Assembly: GCA_964521025.1 (NCBI GenBank)
Contig: CAZFPK010000011.1
Span: 16,033-80,032 of the forward strand
Length of the DNA stretch: 64,000 bases
Reading direction: 5' to 3'
From: an uncultured Candidatus Cloacimonadota bacterium
GTDB lineage: Bacteria > Cloacimonadota > Cloacimonadia > Cloacimonadales > TCS61
Every line of letters begins with the position of its first letter. Position 1 is the stretch's first letter. Made by a program: the position numbers and the translations under genes. The notes under the pieces were generated by a model. It was given only the letters and a program-made list of their open reading frames with translations, was not told the DNA's origin and made no database searches. Below are positions 46,738 to 56,279 of this stretch, piece after piece.

Positions 46738-48357
46738 TTACCTTTTTGTGTTCTCATCAACCTCTGCCTTCCGTTTCTCCCAACAATCTTCCCATCTCTT
46801 CTCTTTCTCATTTCTCCATTTATCAGCTTTTTTCTTACCGGTTGCGGAATTCAAGGTTTCACCAGTTCCGTCAATGATATTTCCTCCGGCATCGAGTACT
46901 GTTTTTCCTGCTTCCGAGACAGTTCCGACAGTCGATTCTTTCAAGCCTTCTCCGACTTCCTTCAAATCCGCAGTTACGACTCCTTTCACAGTTTTGAAAA
47001 CACCTTTCCCTAAAGATCCTGCTACATTGGTTGCTCCTTTTCCCAGACCGAGAGCAACATTCAAACCGGTTTTGGCAGCATCGATCGTTGTTCCCCCGAT
47101 TTTAAGGATACTGCTGCCGATTCCACCTCCCAACCTGCTGACAACATTGAAAAGAATAGAAGCAGTCTCGAATTGAGGTTTTTCAGGAGTTCCTCCAATC
47201 TTCATCCCGAGTTTGCTGCCCTGGATCATATCGATGCTAACATCACAATCGAGAGAATCTTCCGAAATTTTGATTTCCGATATCAGATCGAAAGCATCTC
47301 CGCCCAAAGCCTGATAAGTTCCGGGAGGAAGGATGAATTCGAAAGGTTCGAGTTCGAGACCGATTACCTGGAATATTGCATTTACGGATGGAATTTTTTC
47401 ACCTATCGTTCCGATTCGAGCATAAATGCCAATCAAATTGTCTTTGCATTTCTGATCCCGGATTTTTCCGGTGAATTCAAATTTTGCAGGACCGTCATTA
47501 TTCATTTCCGGATCATTACTAACAGCCATTCCGGTAAGAAGTAAATGTAAATCAGAAAGTGAGATATTTAATGAATCCTTCCGGTTTTCCAGGGAAGAAA
47601 AGAGGACATTAAAATTATTTGATTCTACTTTCTGTAATCGGATATTTTCATTCTCTTGAAGAATATTTTGCAGATCGATCTTGAAATCATTACAAACGAT
47701 ATTCATACTTTTAGATGTTTCAGTATCGATAAGACTTGTCTGCAAAAAGTCCAATATGACCGATTCAACCTGACTTTTTGTATTGTAAATTTTTGCCCTT
47801 TTCAGTTTAAAATTAAGATCAGAAACGGATAATTCGGTTTTTTTACCTGCTGAATCGATCTCCGTATAATTCACAAAAATATTCTGCAGATCGATTCGTT
47901 TGATAAATATTTCAGGAATCGGCTTTTTCACATCTTTCTCAGGATCTTCAGCACTCTCAGATTGCAAAATATTGAGTAAATTCATTTCATTGTTCATTTT
48001 TTTGCGAATATTCAGTTGCAAGTTATTCAGGTAGACTTTTCCGATTGAAATTTTCTTTCTCAATAAAGGTAAATATCGAATGCTGATCTTTAATTTTGAT
48101 AAAAGAAGCAAGTTTTCATCCGGGAAACCTTCCGGTTGTCTGATCTTCAAATCCCTGACAGTTACTGAACCGTCTAAAAGATTTACCCGGATTTTATTGA
48201 TCGATGCTTCCGGTTTGAGATAAACGGGCAACTTATCGTTCACGATCTTAGTGAGTATAATAGAAAAGAAAAACTGGAATAGACTAATGATCAGAACGAT
48301 GATCAATAGAAGGATCAATAATATTCTGACAGGTCTGCTTTTGATTTTTGAGAACAT
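46738..48357 (-). CDS. AsmA-like/DUF748-like membrane-anchored protein with a Gly-rich C-terminal region
   Basis: The N-terminal TM segment is ILLILLLIIVLIISLFQFFF. Repeated beta-rich segments follow (IRVNLLDGSVTVRDLKI, LNNLQLNI), then a GxG-rich tail. Confidence 0.45.
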   Translation of the reverse strand: MFSKIKSRPVRILLILLLIIVLIISLFQFFFSIILTKIVNDKLPVYLKPEASINKIRVNLLDGSVTVRDLKIRQPEGFPDENLLLLSKLKISIRYLPLLRKKISIGKVYLNNLQLNIRKKMNNEMNLLNILQSESAEDPEKDVKKPIPEIFIKRIDLQNIFVNYTEIDSAGKKTELSVSDLNFKLKRAKIYNTKSQVESVILDFLQTSLIDTETSKSMNIVCNDFKIDLQNILQENENIRLQKVESNNFNVLFSSLENRKDSLNISLSDLHLLLTGMAVSNDPEMNNDGPAKFEFTGKIRDQKCKDNLIGIYARIGTIGEKIPSVNAIFQVIGLELEPFEFILPPGTYQALGGDAFDLISEIKISEDSLDCDVSIDMIQGSKLGMKIGGTPEKPQFETASILFNVVSRLGGGIGSSILKIGGTTIDAAKTGLNVALGLGKGATNVAGSLGKGVFKTVKGVVTADLKEVGEGLKESTVGTVSEAGKTVLDAGGNIIDGTGETLNSATGKKKADKWRNEKEKRWEDCWEKRKAEVDENTKR

Positions 48358-48391
48358 ATTTCCTGCTGATTTTCCGGTCTTATTGGTTCTT

Positions 48392-48793
48392 CTATTTCAT
48401 TTTTAAAAGAGGTAAAAACGGACTTTCCGGTCTTACTCCAAGTTTCTGTTCTTTCATATCGATTATTAAATCCAATTCTTCTAAAACGATCTGTCCAATC
48501 AAAGGTTCGCAATTCGGAGGACCTAAAACACAATCAAAATTACCGGTTCGATCACCGATCTGAATTTTTATCGGTCCGACTTTAGTTAATTCCTCCTTTC
48601 TCTCACCCGCAAAACTGACAATAACTTTTCCTGTTTTTGGAATATCGAGTAGTTCGATAACTTCTTGTGGTAATAGAGTTAAAGTTGCTCCACTACCGAT
48701 CAAACAATCTAATTCGATTTGTCTGATTTTTTCTTTTTTAAGATATTCATCAAAAACATTTACAAATTTCACATTTGTTTTTACTTCGCCCAT
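48392..48793 (-). CDS. Retropepsin-like (clan AA aspartic protease-like) small protein
   Basis: 133 aa. LIGSGATLTLLP occupies the position of the hhD[ST]GA motif, with Gly replacing the catalytic Asp. A second beta-rich half is present. Confidence 0.45.
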   Translation of the reverse strand: MGEVKTNVKFVNVFDEYLKKEKIRQIELDCLIGSGATLTLLPQEVIELLDIPKTGKVIVSFAGERKEELTKVGPIKIQIGDRTGNFDCVLGPPNCEPLIGQIVLEELDLIIDMKEQKLGVRPESPFLPLLKMK

Positions 48794-48855
48794 AAAATCT
48801 CCTTTGCTGGTTATATAAAATGATTAATCTGATTTATAGTCAAGTTTTATAACAG

Positions 48856-49695
48856 TCATTTATTTTTTTGTTTCCATAATGAAATTACTTTTTCCATCGG
48901 CTTCAATATCTCCTCTAACATCTGAAAGTCGATCGTTTGCCTGCTGTCGCAAATGGTTGTATCCGGTGAAAAATGAGTTTCGATCATTAGACCGTCAGCA
49001 CCTGCTGCCATTGCTGCCCAACTTAAAGATTTGATCATTTCCCGTTTGCCGGAACTGTGAGAAGGATCGACGATAATAGGAAGATTGCTCAGACTTTTAA
49101 CGGCTGGAATCGCGGAAATATCGAGAGTATTCCGCGTGTAATTCTCAAAAGTCCTGATCCCTCTTTCGCAAAGAATTACATTTCTGTTTCCTGCGTCCAT
49201 TAGATGTTCTGCTGCTAACAACCATTCTTTGATCGTACTGCTCATTCCCCTTTTCAGGATGATCGGATTCGAGATTTTCCCGAGTTTTTCCAGTAGAGGA
49301 TAATTGTGCATATTGCGTGTTCCGACCTGCAGAATATCGACAAATTCGGACATTTCACCGACATCCTCAGGGGAAATAATTTCAGAAACAGAGATCAATC
49401 CTGTTTTTTCACTTACTTTTTTGATTATTTCCAAACCTCTTCTTCCCATTCCCTTAAAATCATAAGGAGAAGTTCTTAATTTATATGCTCCACCGCGGAA
49501 GAAATTGATACCCATTTCCTTCAATTTAATTACTATTTTCAGCAAGTCTTCATAATTCTCGATCGTACAGGGTCCGGCAATGAAAGTGAAATCATTTCTG
49601 CTGATGATTTGATCTTTTATTTTGATCTCGATATTTTCAGAATTTTGATGTTTCAGGTTTTCTATTTCTTTCTGCATATTTTTTTCCTGAATCAC
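48856..49695 (-). CDS. 3-deoxy-7-phosphoheptulonate (DAHP) synthase, type I-beta
   Basis: Motifs are IAGPCTIENYEDL, FRGGAYKLRTSPYDFKG, LQVGTRNMHNYPLL, ILKRG, LCERGIRTF and VDPSHSSGKR. Confidence 0.85.
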   Translation of the reverse strand: MIQEKNMQKEIENLKHQNSENIEIKIKDQIISRNDFTFIAGPCTIENYEDLLKIVIKLKEMGINFFRGGAYKLRTSPYDFKGMGRRGLEIIKKVSEKTGLISVSEIISPEDVGEMSEFVDILQVGTRNMHNYPLLEKLGKISNPIILKRGMSSTIKEWLLAAEHLMDAGNRNVILCERGIRTFENYTRNTLDISAIPAVKSLSNLPIIVDPSHSSGKREMIKSLSWAAMAAGADGLMIETHFSPDTTICDSRQTIDFQMLEEILKPMEKVISLWKQKNK

Positions 49696-50609
49696 AACAT
49701 TTTTCGTAACTCACTCTGTTTTAATTTTAAAACACCAAACTGCAATCCTCGATCACTGACATAGATCTTGTCGGTTTGGAAATGATCGACAATTTCCTTG
49801 ATGATCATCGTTCCGGTCTGGATTATTTCCGCTCCGGAAGGTTCGAACGGCACTATTTCTGTAATTTCTTCTCCATCCACTTTTTGAAATCGCTGATATA
49901 AATCGTAAATATCTTCTTTCTTCAGAATACACTTATGAACCTTTTCGGAATTGTATTCTTTTAGGTTCTGATTTGCTGCTGAGAGATTGGTTACAATTCC
50001 ACCGATGCCGATGAAAACCGGATTCTCAAAATTTTTCAAATCGATCTTTTTCAAAATATTACGGGTGAAATATATCCTCTTTTCCAGACAATTAGGAAAT
50101 TTATTAAAGAGTCTTCTTATCCCCAGATCGATACTCTCGGTGGAGATTATTTTTTTATTTCTGATCAAAGTAAATTCAGCGCTTCCTCCTCCGACATCGA
50201 ATAAAATGATCTCAGAAAATTGAGGAAATTCGTCGATATTCGCTATTCCGTTCAGATAAGCTTCCTTATCCCCGGAAATAATATTGAATTTACACTTCAA
50301 AACCTTTTCGATCCAATTCGCAAGTATCTGAATATTCCGGGCGTCTCGAGAACAACTCGTACCAATGATAATAATATTTTCTGTATGAACGAGTGAAAAT
50401 TGGTAGCTCTCTTTGATTATTTTTTTCGTTTTCTCGATACTTTCCGCTGATAGACATTTGGAAACCATGCCTTTTGCTAATTCCGATGTGAATGACATTC
50501 TTTTCAGAATGTTGAAACTTTGCTGTTTTTTTTTTGCGATCAGAACGAGGATATTATGCGAACCGACATCGATAATAGCATAGATATTACTCGGATTTCT
50601 TCCTTCCAT
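49692..50609 (-). CDS. Ppx/GppA-family phosphatase (N-terminal actin-fold domains)
   Basis: Motifs are IIDVGSHNILVLI and FDVGGGSAEFTL. There is a 4-nt overlap with the downstream gene. Confidence 0.7.
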   Translation of the reverse strand: MEGRNPSNIYAIIDVGSHNILVLIAKKKQQSFNILKRMSFTSELAKGMVSKCLSAESIEKTKKIIKESYQFSLVHTENIIIIGTSCSRDARNIQILANWIEKVLKCKFNIISGDKEAYLNGIANIDEFPQFSEIILFDVGGGSAEFTLIRNKKIISTESIDLGIRRLFNKFPNCLEKRIYFTRNILKKIDLKNFENPVFIGIGGIVTNLSAANQNLKEYNSEKVHKCILKKEDIYDLYQRFQKVDGEEITEIVPFEPSGAEIIQTGTMIIKEIVDHFQTDKIYVSDRGLQFGVLKLKQSELRKML

Positions 50610-50627
50610 TTTCAGAATTTCCTAATT

Positions 50628-51455
50628 TTAATAACGATAAACAGATTTAATATTATCGGCTTGCCAGCCTTTTTCTTTCCCTTTCTTTAATTCAAATTCA
50701 AAGATCTGTTCCCGATTCGGTAAAGTCGTAATATCGATGTTATCAAGAAGTTGACTGCTATGAAAAAAAGCGGTCTCGTACGGAGATTCGTTTTTCCGGG
50801 AGTCGGTTATCCATAAACCTCCGCTGATATCTTTCATAAAACGCATAAATCCGTAGCCTTTATAACCATTTTCGGGATGAAAAGAATAGCATACACCTCT
50901 TACGATTTTTTTATCTTGATTTTTATAACTATATTCTACCGGCAGAAGTTCAGGTACTAAATAACCTGATGTAAAAACATCTGCTTCATTTTTCAAAACA
51001 TGAGCAACATTGTTAAATGCCAGAACCTCAACTCGACAACCCTTATTCTGTAATGCTCGTACAACTTGCACAAAGTCGCCGTCACCGGTTACCATCAGAA
51101 CATAATCCAACCTTTCAGACTGCATCAGTGTATCGACAGCCATATCCAGGTCGGCATTTGCTTTTCCGTATTTATTCCCCTGTTCATCATGGAACCAGCG
51201 CACTTGTTTGACGATAATTTTATAACCGAAATCTCTTAAAGACGAATGAAACCTATCCTGTTTTTTTTTATATTCCAGATTTACCCTTGCCATTTCTTCA
51301 TCATAAGCAACATAAGCATTCAAACGAACAGCAACTCCATTATTCCGACAGGCAAATTCCCGCAGAACATCATATTGCATTCCAAATCCACCATTCATAG
51401 CAATATTCTGTACATCGACATAAACTCCGACTTTGATCGGACCTTTTGCTTCCAT
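50628..51455 (-). CDS. NYN/LabA-like domain protein with a C-terminal OB/cold-shock-like region
   Basis: The ORF-track frame extends to 51491; Met13 gives MEAKGPIKVGVYVDVQN. The NYN-like region is ADLDMAVDTL...LMVTGDGDFVQVVRALQNKG. The C-terminal region has GYGFMRF. Confidence 0.6.
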   Translation of the reverse strand: MEAKGPIKVGVYVDVQNIAMNGGFGMQYDVLREFACRNNGVAVRLNAYVAYDEEMARVNLEYKKKQDRFHSSLRDFGYKIIVKQVRWFHDEQGNKYGKANADLDMAVDTLMQSERLDYVLMVTGDGDFVQVVRALQNKGCRVEVLAFNNVAHVLKNEADVFTSGYLVPELLPVEYSYKNQDKKIVRGVCYSFHPENGYKGYGFMRFMKDISGGLWITDSRKNESPYETAFFHSSQLLDNIDITTLPNREQIFEFELKKGKEKGWQADNIKSVYRY

Positions 51456-51738
51456 AAAACCTCCAAAAATTATTTTACATTTTCCAGACAAATAATTTCA
51501 ATGCTGATAATTTAAAAAATATTTACCGATTTCCTAATTTTATCTTGTTAGAAGTATATTAAAAGGAATAATAGATTAGAAAGGTCATTCCCAATCAGGG
51601 GATTGGGACCGATGAAAATCTGCACCTCACTCCTCGCACTTCGCAACTCGCACCGTACCTTTCTATTTTTCTCTTATTTCCTTTTTTTTTCTTTCTCCTT
51701 TCTCCATTTTCCTTTTTCCCTTTTCCCTTGTCCCTTCT

Positions 51739-53445
51739 TTACATCTTCATTTCAATCCCGAAATGGATGATACCATCGAAAGGATTCCTGAACTCCCCGC
51801 TTTGATATCTTAAACCGTAATCGATCCTGAGAAGTCCGAGTTTTGTCTCGACTCTTAGACCGAATCCAAATCCGAAAAGCAGACCGAATTTATATTCTTC
51901 ACTCTCAACATAACCATAATCAGAAAACAAGAAAACTCTGGAATTTCGGGATAACAAATATCTCAATTCCAGGTTCGACCAGCCGACACGATAACCGTAA
52001 AATTGCTTTTCGTTAAAACCTCGCAGGTTGGAATTTCCTCCTAAATAATAATATTCGAGTTCTGATAAGTTCTTATTTTCCAACACATTGGCATTAAGAG
52101 CGACAGCAAAAATGAGTTTCCCTGATATTCTTCTGAAATTCGTAAAACTTGTTTCGACTGCTTGCCTGGAATTCTTATCGTTATTAAATTTATTGAAAAT
52201 ATAAAAATACTTTATCCGGAGATCATTTCCTGTTGTTGGGTTCAGATAATAATCCGTATTATTGAAATTCCAGAAAATACCTGCTTTCTTATAAGAAGCT
52301 TTCTCTATGATAATTGGTCTTCTCGAACCAGGGAAAATTTCGTCTATACCGAGAAAGATTCCATATTTATTGATCAAATTATAGAAATAAATCTCAGATT
52401 CAAAAGTCGATTTCGTATATGTTGAATCTACTTCCTCCCTGAAAATCAGGAAATCTCCGCTGATCGGGTAAGAAAAAGGTCCCGATTCATGGTATTTCAA
52501 TTCGATTTGACTCCTGTCGAAAGATAATCTTTGCCATCTTAAAGAGATCGACCTGTCTGTCCCGAAAAGATTCAGAAAATCGAGATTCACAAAACCGGTT
52601 AAACGATTTTTCTTATCCTGGGAATTATCATAACCTAAAATTCCCGAAAGAAAGGTCATCCTGTCTTCATCGATATTAAAGAGCAATTGTTTATGATTTA
52701 ATGGAATTAAACTGCAATCGCGAATGTATTCCTTTTTCCGAACCAGTTCTGCTGCTCGATCCAGAACCATCGGATTTACTTTCTCTATCTTATCGATTTG
52801 GGAAATCTTCAGAAGTGTTCTGCTTCTCGTTGTTTCATTTCCTTTGAATTTATATTCCTCAAATTCACAGAAATCACCTTCGGAAATTGAAACAAAAGCC
52901 CTGACTCCGTCATTTTCCCAAACCAGACTATCGAGTTGAACATCGACAAAAAGAAAACCATTAAAAGCATAATATTCCGTAAGATTTTGCATGAGAAGGG
53001 AAAGCTGTTTTATATCGATATTCTTTGTTGGATTCGATTCCAGTATTTTATTTCGGGAAATATATCGGTTACCGGATAAGACCACATCCTGGATGATCAC
53101 TTTCTCGTTTTCTTCGATCCTGAAAAGAACATCGATATGTTCCGGACTAATAGTATTGATCTCAGGAAAATGTACTTTTACCCGGTAGAATCCTTTCTTA
53201 ACATAAAATGCGGAAATTCTTTGTACATCTTCATTCAGCGTTTTCTGATTGAAATATCCACCCGGTTCGGAAGATATCGCAGAAAGAAGTTCTTTATCGG
53301 TTATAAAATAATTTCCTTCGAAATGAATATCGCCGATCAATAATTCAGTGCAGTAAATTGGAGAAAAAGCAAGAAAGATGATCAAAAGAAAGGAAATAGG
53401 AAATCGGAAATTGGAGATAGGAAAATTTTTAATTTCTAATTTCAA
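51739..53445 (-). CDS. bamA: BamA/Omp85-family outer-membrane protein (POTRA + surface-antigen barrel)
   Basis: The POTRA region is IHFEGNYFITDKELL... The barrel ends ...GIIHFGIEMKM. The ORF-track start at 53529 translates a repeat element. A TTG at about 53445, preceded by AAGGGAG, is a more plausible start but is uncertain. Confidence 0.7.
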   Translation of the reverse strand: MKLEIKNFPISNFRFPISFLLIIFLAFSPIYCTELLIGDIHFEGNYFITDKELLSAISSEPGGYFNQKTLNEDVQRISAFYVKKGFYRVKVHFPEINTISPEHIDVLFRIEENEKVIIQDVVLSGNRYISRNKILESNPTKNIDIKQLSLLMQNLTEYYAFNGFLFVDVQLDSLVWENDGVRAFVSISEGDFCEFEEYKFKGNETTRSRTLLKISQIDKIEKVNPMVLDRAAELVRKKEYIRDCSLIPLNHKQLLFNIDEDRMTFLSGILGYDNSQDKKNRLTGFVNLDFLNLFGTDRSISLRWQRLSFDRSQIELKYHESGPFSYPISGDFLIFREEVDSTYTKSTFESEIYFYNLINKYGIFLGIDEIFPGSRRPIIIEKASYKKAGIFWNFNNTDYYLNPTTGNDLRIKYFYIFNKFNNDKNSRQAVETSFTNFRRISGKLIFAVALNANVLENKNLSELEYYYLGGNSNLRGFNEKQFYGYRVGWSNLELRYLLSRNSRVFLFSDYGYVESEEYKFGLLFGFGFGLRVETKLGLLRIDYGLRYQSGEFRNPFDGIIHFGIEMKM

Positions 53446-53529
53446 ATTTCTAACTCCCTTGTCATTCTGAGTTTTTTTCTTGTCTTTCTCACGACCGTGT
53501 CCGGCTTCTGACGGAAGAATCTTCAACAA

Positions 53530-54636
53530 TTAATTTTTTCCGGTAAGAGATTTCTCGTTCAAAGCCGTTGAATGTGACCTCGGAATGACAGAAGTTTTAA
53601 TATGTCCAATCAGCTCATCTACCAATTTACTTTCAGGCACTTTTTTCAGGATTTTTCCCTTTTGGAATATCAGCCCTTCTCCTTTTGCTCCTGCCATGCC
53701 AAAATCCGCTTCTCTTGCTTCTCCCGGACCATTCACAACGCAGCCCATCACTGCAATTGTCAAATCTTCCTCAGAAAAGGACCTCAACCTTTTTTCTACT
53801 TCTTTAGCGATCTTTATCAGATCGATTTCAGTCCTGCCGCAAGTCGGACAGGAAATAACCTGTAAACCTTTTCTCAAATTCAAAGATTTCAGGATTTCTT
53901 TTGCTACAATAACTTCCCGGATTGGATCGGCAGTCAGAGAAACTCTGATCGTATCGCCGATTCCTTCTGACAGCAAAGTTCCGATCCCAATCGATGATTT
54001 GATCGTGCCGGCAAATTCTGTTCCTGCTTCCGTTATACCAAGATGCAGCGGATAATCTACTCTTTCGCTTAAAAGATGATACGAATCGATTGTTAGAGGA
54101 ACTGAAGATGCTTTCACGGAGATTTTCATTTCATAATATTTTTCTTTTTCCAGGATGGAAACATGTTCGAGCGCACTTTCCACAATTCCTTCTGCAGTAA
54201 CACCATATTTTCGCAGTTTCTCTTTTGATAACGAACCGCTGTTCACGCCGATCCTGATCGGGATTTTTCGCTCTCTGGCAGCAGCCACAACTTCCCGAAC
54301 TTTCTGCTCCGAACCAATATTTCCCGGATTCAAACGCAATCCGTCCACTCCGTTTTTTATGCTTTGTAATGCTAATTTATGATCAAAATGGATATCAGCG
54401 ATCAGAGGAATGGAAATTGATTTTCTTATTTCTTTTAAAGATTCTGCTGCTTTTTGGTCGGGAACAGCAACTCGAATGATTTCACATCCAGCCGGAATCA
54501 ACTCGCGAATTTGCTGCACAGTTTTCTCGATATCACGCGTATCCGTATTCGTCATGGATTGGATGGAAATTGGATGATTGCCGCCGATCCGGATATTTCC
54601 GAGTTTGATGGTTTTGGTTTTTTTTCTTTTTATCAT
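53530..54636 (-). CDS. ispG: 4-hydroxy-3-methylbut-2-en-1-yl diphosphate synthase
   Basis: Motifs are IGGNHPISIQSMTNTDT, CPTCGRTEIDL and VMGCVVNGPGEA. Confidence 0.9.
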   Translation of the reverse strand: MIKRKKTKTIKLGNIRIGGNHPISIQSMTNTDTRDIEKTVQQIRELIPAGCEIIRVAVPDQKAAESLKEIRKSISIPLIADIHFDHKLALQSIKNGVDGLRLNPGNIGSEQKVREVVAAARERKIPIRIGVNSGSLSKEKLRKYGVTAEGIVESALEHVSILEKEKYYEMKISVKASSVPLTIDSYHLLSERVDYPLHLGITEAGTEFAGTIKSSIGIGTLLSEGIGDTIRVSLTADPIREVIVAKEILKSLNLRKGLQVISCPTCGRTEIDLIKIAKEVEKRLRSFSEEDLTIAVMGCVVNGPGEAREADFGMAGAKGEGLIFQKGKILKKVPESKLVDELIGHIKTSVIPRSHSTALNEKSLTGKN

Positions 54637-54671
54637 ATATTATTCTTTTTCAAAATTTAGGAAGGCAAAAT

Positions 54672-54747
54672 CTTCAAGGTTTGCCAAACCTTGAAGGTTT
54701 GAGCCATTTTTTAACTATTCGACTCGAAAGCACAGCGTCGAGTCGAA
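54672..54747 (-). terminator. Two perfect stem-loops downstream of the 54870 gene
   Basis: cttcaaggttt/aaaccttgaag (54672-54697) and ttcgactcga/tcgagtcgaa (54718-54747). The latter belongs to the TTCGACTCG hairpin family also seen at 4308-4342. Confidence 0.4.
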
Positions 54748-54869
54748 ACAATGCTATATCTGAAAACTCAGTTTATTTATTTGGAATTATGTCCCAAAAT
54801 AAGTTTTGGAACAAGAAAAAAATATCTATCTCTGTGTCCTCTGCGTCTCTGTGGCAAGCAAATCCGCAA

Positions 54870-55589
54870 CTATTTCAACACCAGCATTTTCTTAACCTGC
54901 GAAACACCTTCTGATTCTAATTTGTAGAAATAAGTTCCTGATGCCGGAGTATTCCAGACAATTTCAGCACCATTTTCTCCAGTTTCAGATAAACCAAAAG
55001 AATCGACGAGTTGACCTTTACTATTGCAAATGGTCAGTGTTGCTGTTTGCTTTTCTTTTACGACATATTTAATAGTAGTAGAACCTTTGAACGGATTCGG
55101 ATAATTGTCATACAGCACCGTAATTTCTGATATTTCCTCCGGTTCGGGAATATCGATAGTTAAAGTAGTCGAACCGATTATTACCGCACTTCCATCCAGA
55201 TCAACTGCTTCCAGGTCGTAGATGTAAGTTTCTCCATCTACAACTTCCGTATCGAGGAATTCGTAACTTGTTGTTTGTGAGCTGTTCGTAGCATATTCTG
55301 TATGGATCAAAAGATCATTGCGATAAATATTAAAAACACTTAAATTACTTTCTGTTTCCGTTATCCAGGAAATGGCTGCAAATTCCTCCTGCATTACTGC
55401 TTGGAAAATGGATAACTCAATCGGAACTGGACAGTCTGATAAAGTTAAAGTTCCATATGTCATACCACTTGACATTATTATATTTGTATAGCCCTCTCTA
55501 TCCATAGGTAACAAACTACAATAATTTTCAACAATCAGATTATCTCCAGCAGATGGTTCTATATTAAATGCACATCTATCAATATCCAA
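54870..55589 (-). CDS. C-terminal part of a T9SS cargo protein (no signal peptide of its own)
   Basis: TTG start in the ORF track. It ends with YPNPFKGSTTIKYVV...SGTYFYKLESEGVSQVKKMLVLK. It is in frame with 55722..56231 across a single TGA. Confidence 0.6.
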   Translation of the reverse strand: MDIDRCAFNIEPSAGDNLIVENYCSLLPMDREGYTNIIMSSGMTYGTLTLSDCPVPIELSIFQAVMQEEFAAISWITETESNLSVFNIYRNDLLIHTEYATNSSQTTSYEFLDTEVVDGETYIYDLEAVDLDGSAVIIGSTTLTIDIPEPEEISEITVLYDNYPNPFKGSTTIKYVVKEKQTATLTICNSKGQLVDSFGLSETGENGAEIVWNTPASGTYFYKLESEGVSQVKKMLVLK

Positions 55590-55721
55590 TAAACCTGAAT
55601 CATAGTAGAAACAATTAGGATTTGTAATATCAATAATATCATCGGGTCTTATTTCTATCCATGCTCTGAAATCAAAATCACCAAAACTTGGTGCCGTTGT
55701 TACCGTTATTTCAATATGATT

Positions 55722-56231
55722 TCAAGCAAAACCTTCCCATGCTTCCCAATTGCTTATTTCTAATTCACTTGTTCCGGAACCGCAAGCAGGACTTGTGATA
55801 AATTCACTATGTCTCCACATACCAGCCAGTGTCCAGTCAGCATTATCGAAAATTCTCAAATAGATTTGATCGGTAGTACAGTTAGCAACCGGTTCAGGTG
55901 GACTTCCGGCATCATCTTCCCAATTAAAATATGCGTTTGTCAGAAAAAAACCTTCTCCAATGCCAACCGAACTACCATTCATAAAATCTTCACCCCAGTT
56001 GTTATTGAGTTCAGTTCCGTGCGGATCGTTCATTACATCATAAAAACCTGGTATTGTCGGAATACAGACATGAATTGCCCAACCATCAGGAATCGGAGTT
56101 ACACCATCCGGGGCATAAAGCGGTGTAACCAGGTTGAAATCGTCTGTGTACATGAATTGCTGGAGAACATCCTGTCCGAATACAAAATACGCAATCAATG
56201 TAAATGAGAGAATAATCAATAATTTTTTCAT
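55722..56231 (-). CDS. N-terminal part of the same T9SS cargo protein (signal peptide, no CTD)
   Basis: The signal peptide is MKKLLIILSFTLIAYFVFGQ. It stops at TGA 55722-55724, and the 44 codons downstream are open in the same frame. Confidence 0.6.
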   Translation of the reverse strand: MKKLLIILSFTLIAYFVFGQDVLQQFMYTDDFNLVTPLYAPDGVTPIPDGWAIHVCIPTIPGFYDVMNDPHGTELNNNWGEDFMNGSSVGIGEGFFLTNAYFNWEDDAGSPPEPVANCTTDQIYLRIFDNADWTLAGMWRHSEFITSPACGSGTSELEISNWEAWEGFA

Positions 56232-56279
56232 TTCGTTAACCTACTTTTAACGAACCGTTAGTTTCTCAAATTTCTTAAC

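Noticed and set aside
46730-47176. 148-aa plus-strand ORF rich in Pro, Ser, Phe and Thr
   Set aside because: It is antisense to the Gly-rich C-terminal part of the AsmA-like gene. This is a typical shadow ORF of a low-complexity region.
53446-53529. N-terminal extension of the BamA-like ORF (MLKILPSEAGHGREKDKKKTQNDKGVRN)
   Set aside because: It is a translation of a copy of the TGTCATTCTGAG repeat element and abuts the ispG stop. It is probably not coding, and the true start is uncertain (candidate TTG near 53445).
55722-55724. Selenocysteine or genome-wide TGA reassignment as the explanation for the in-frame TGA
   Set aside because: Several neighbouring genes terminate with TGA. By eye I could not identify a convincing SECIS-like stem-loop just downstream; only a weak aaatca...tgattt pairing with a large loop is present. 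It is kept as an open alternative in the finding.
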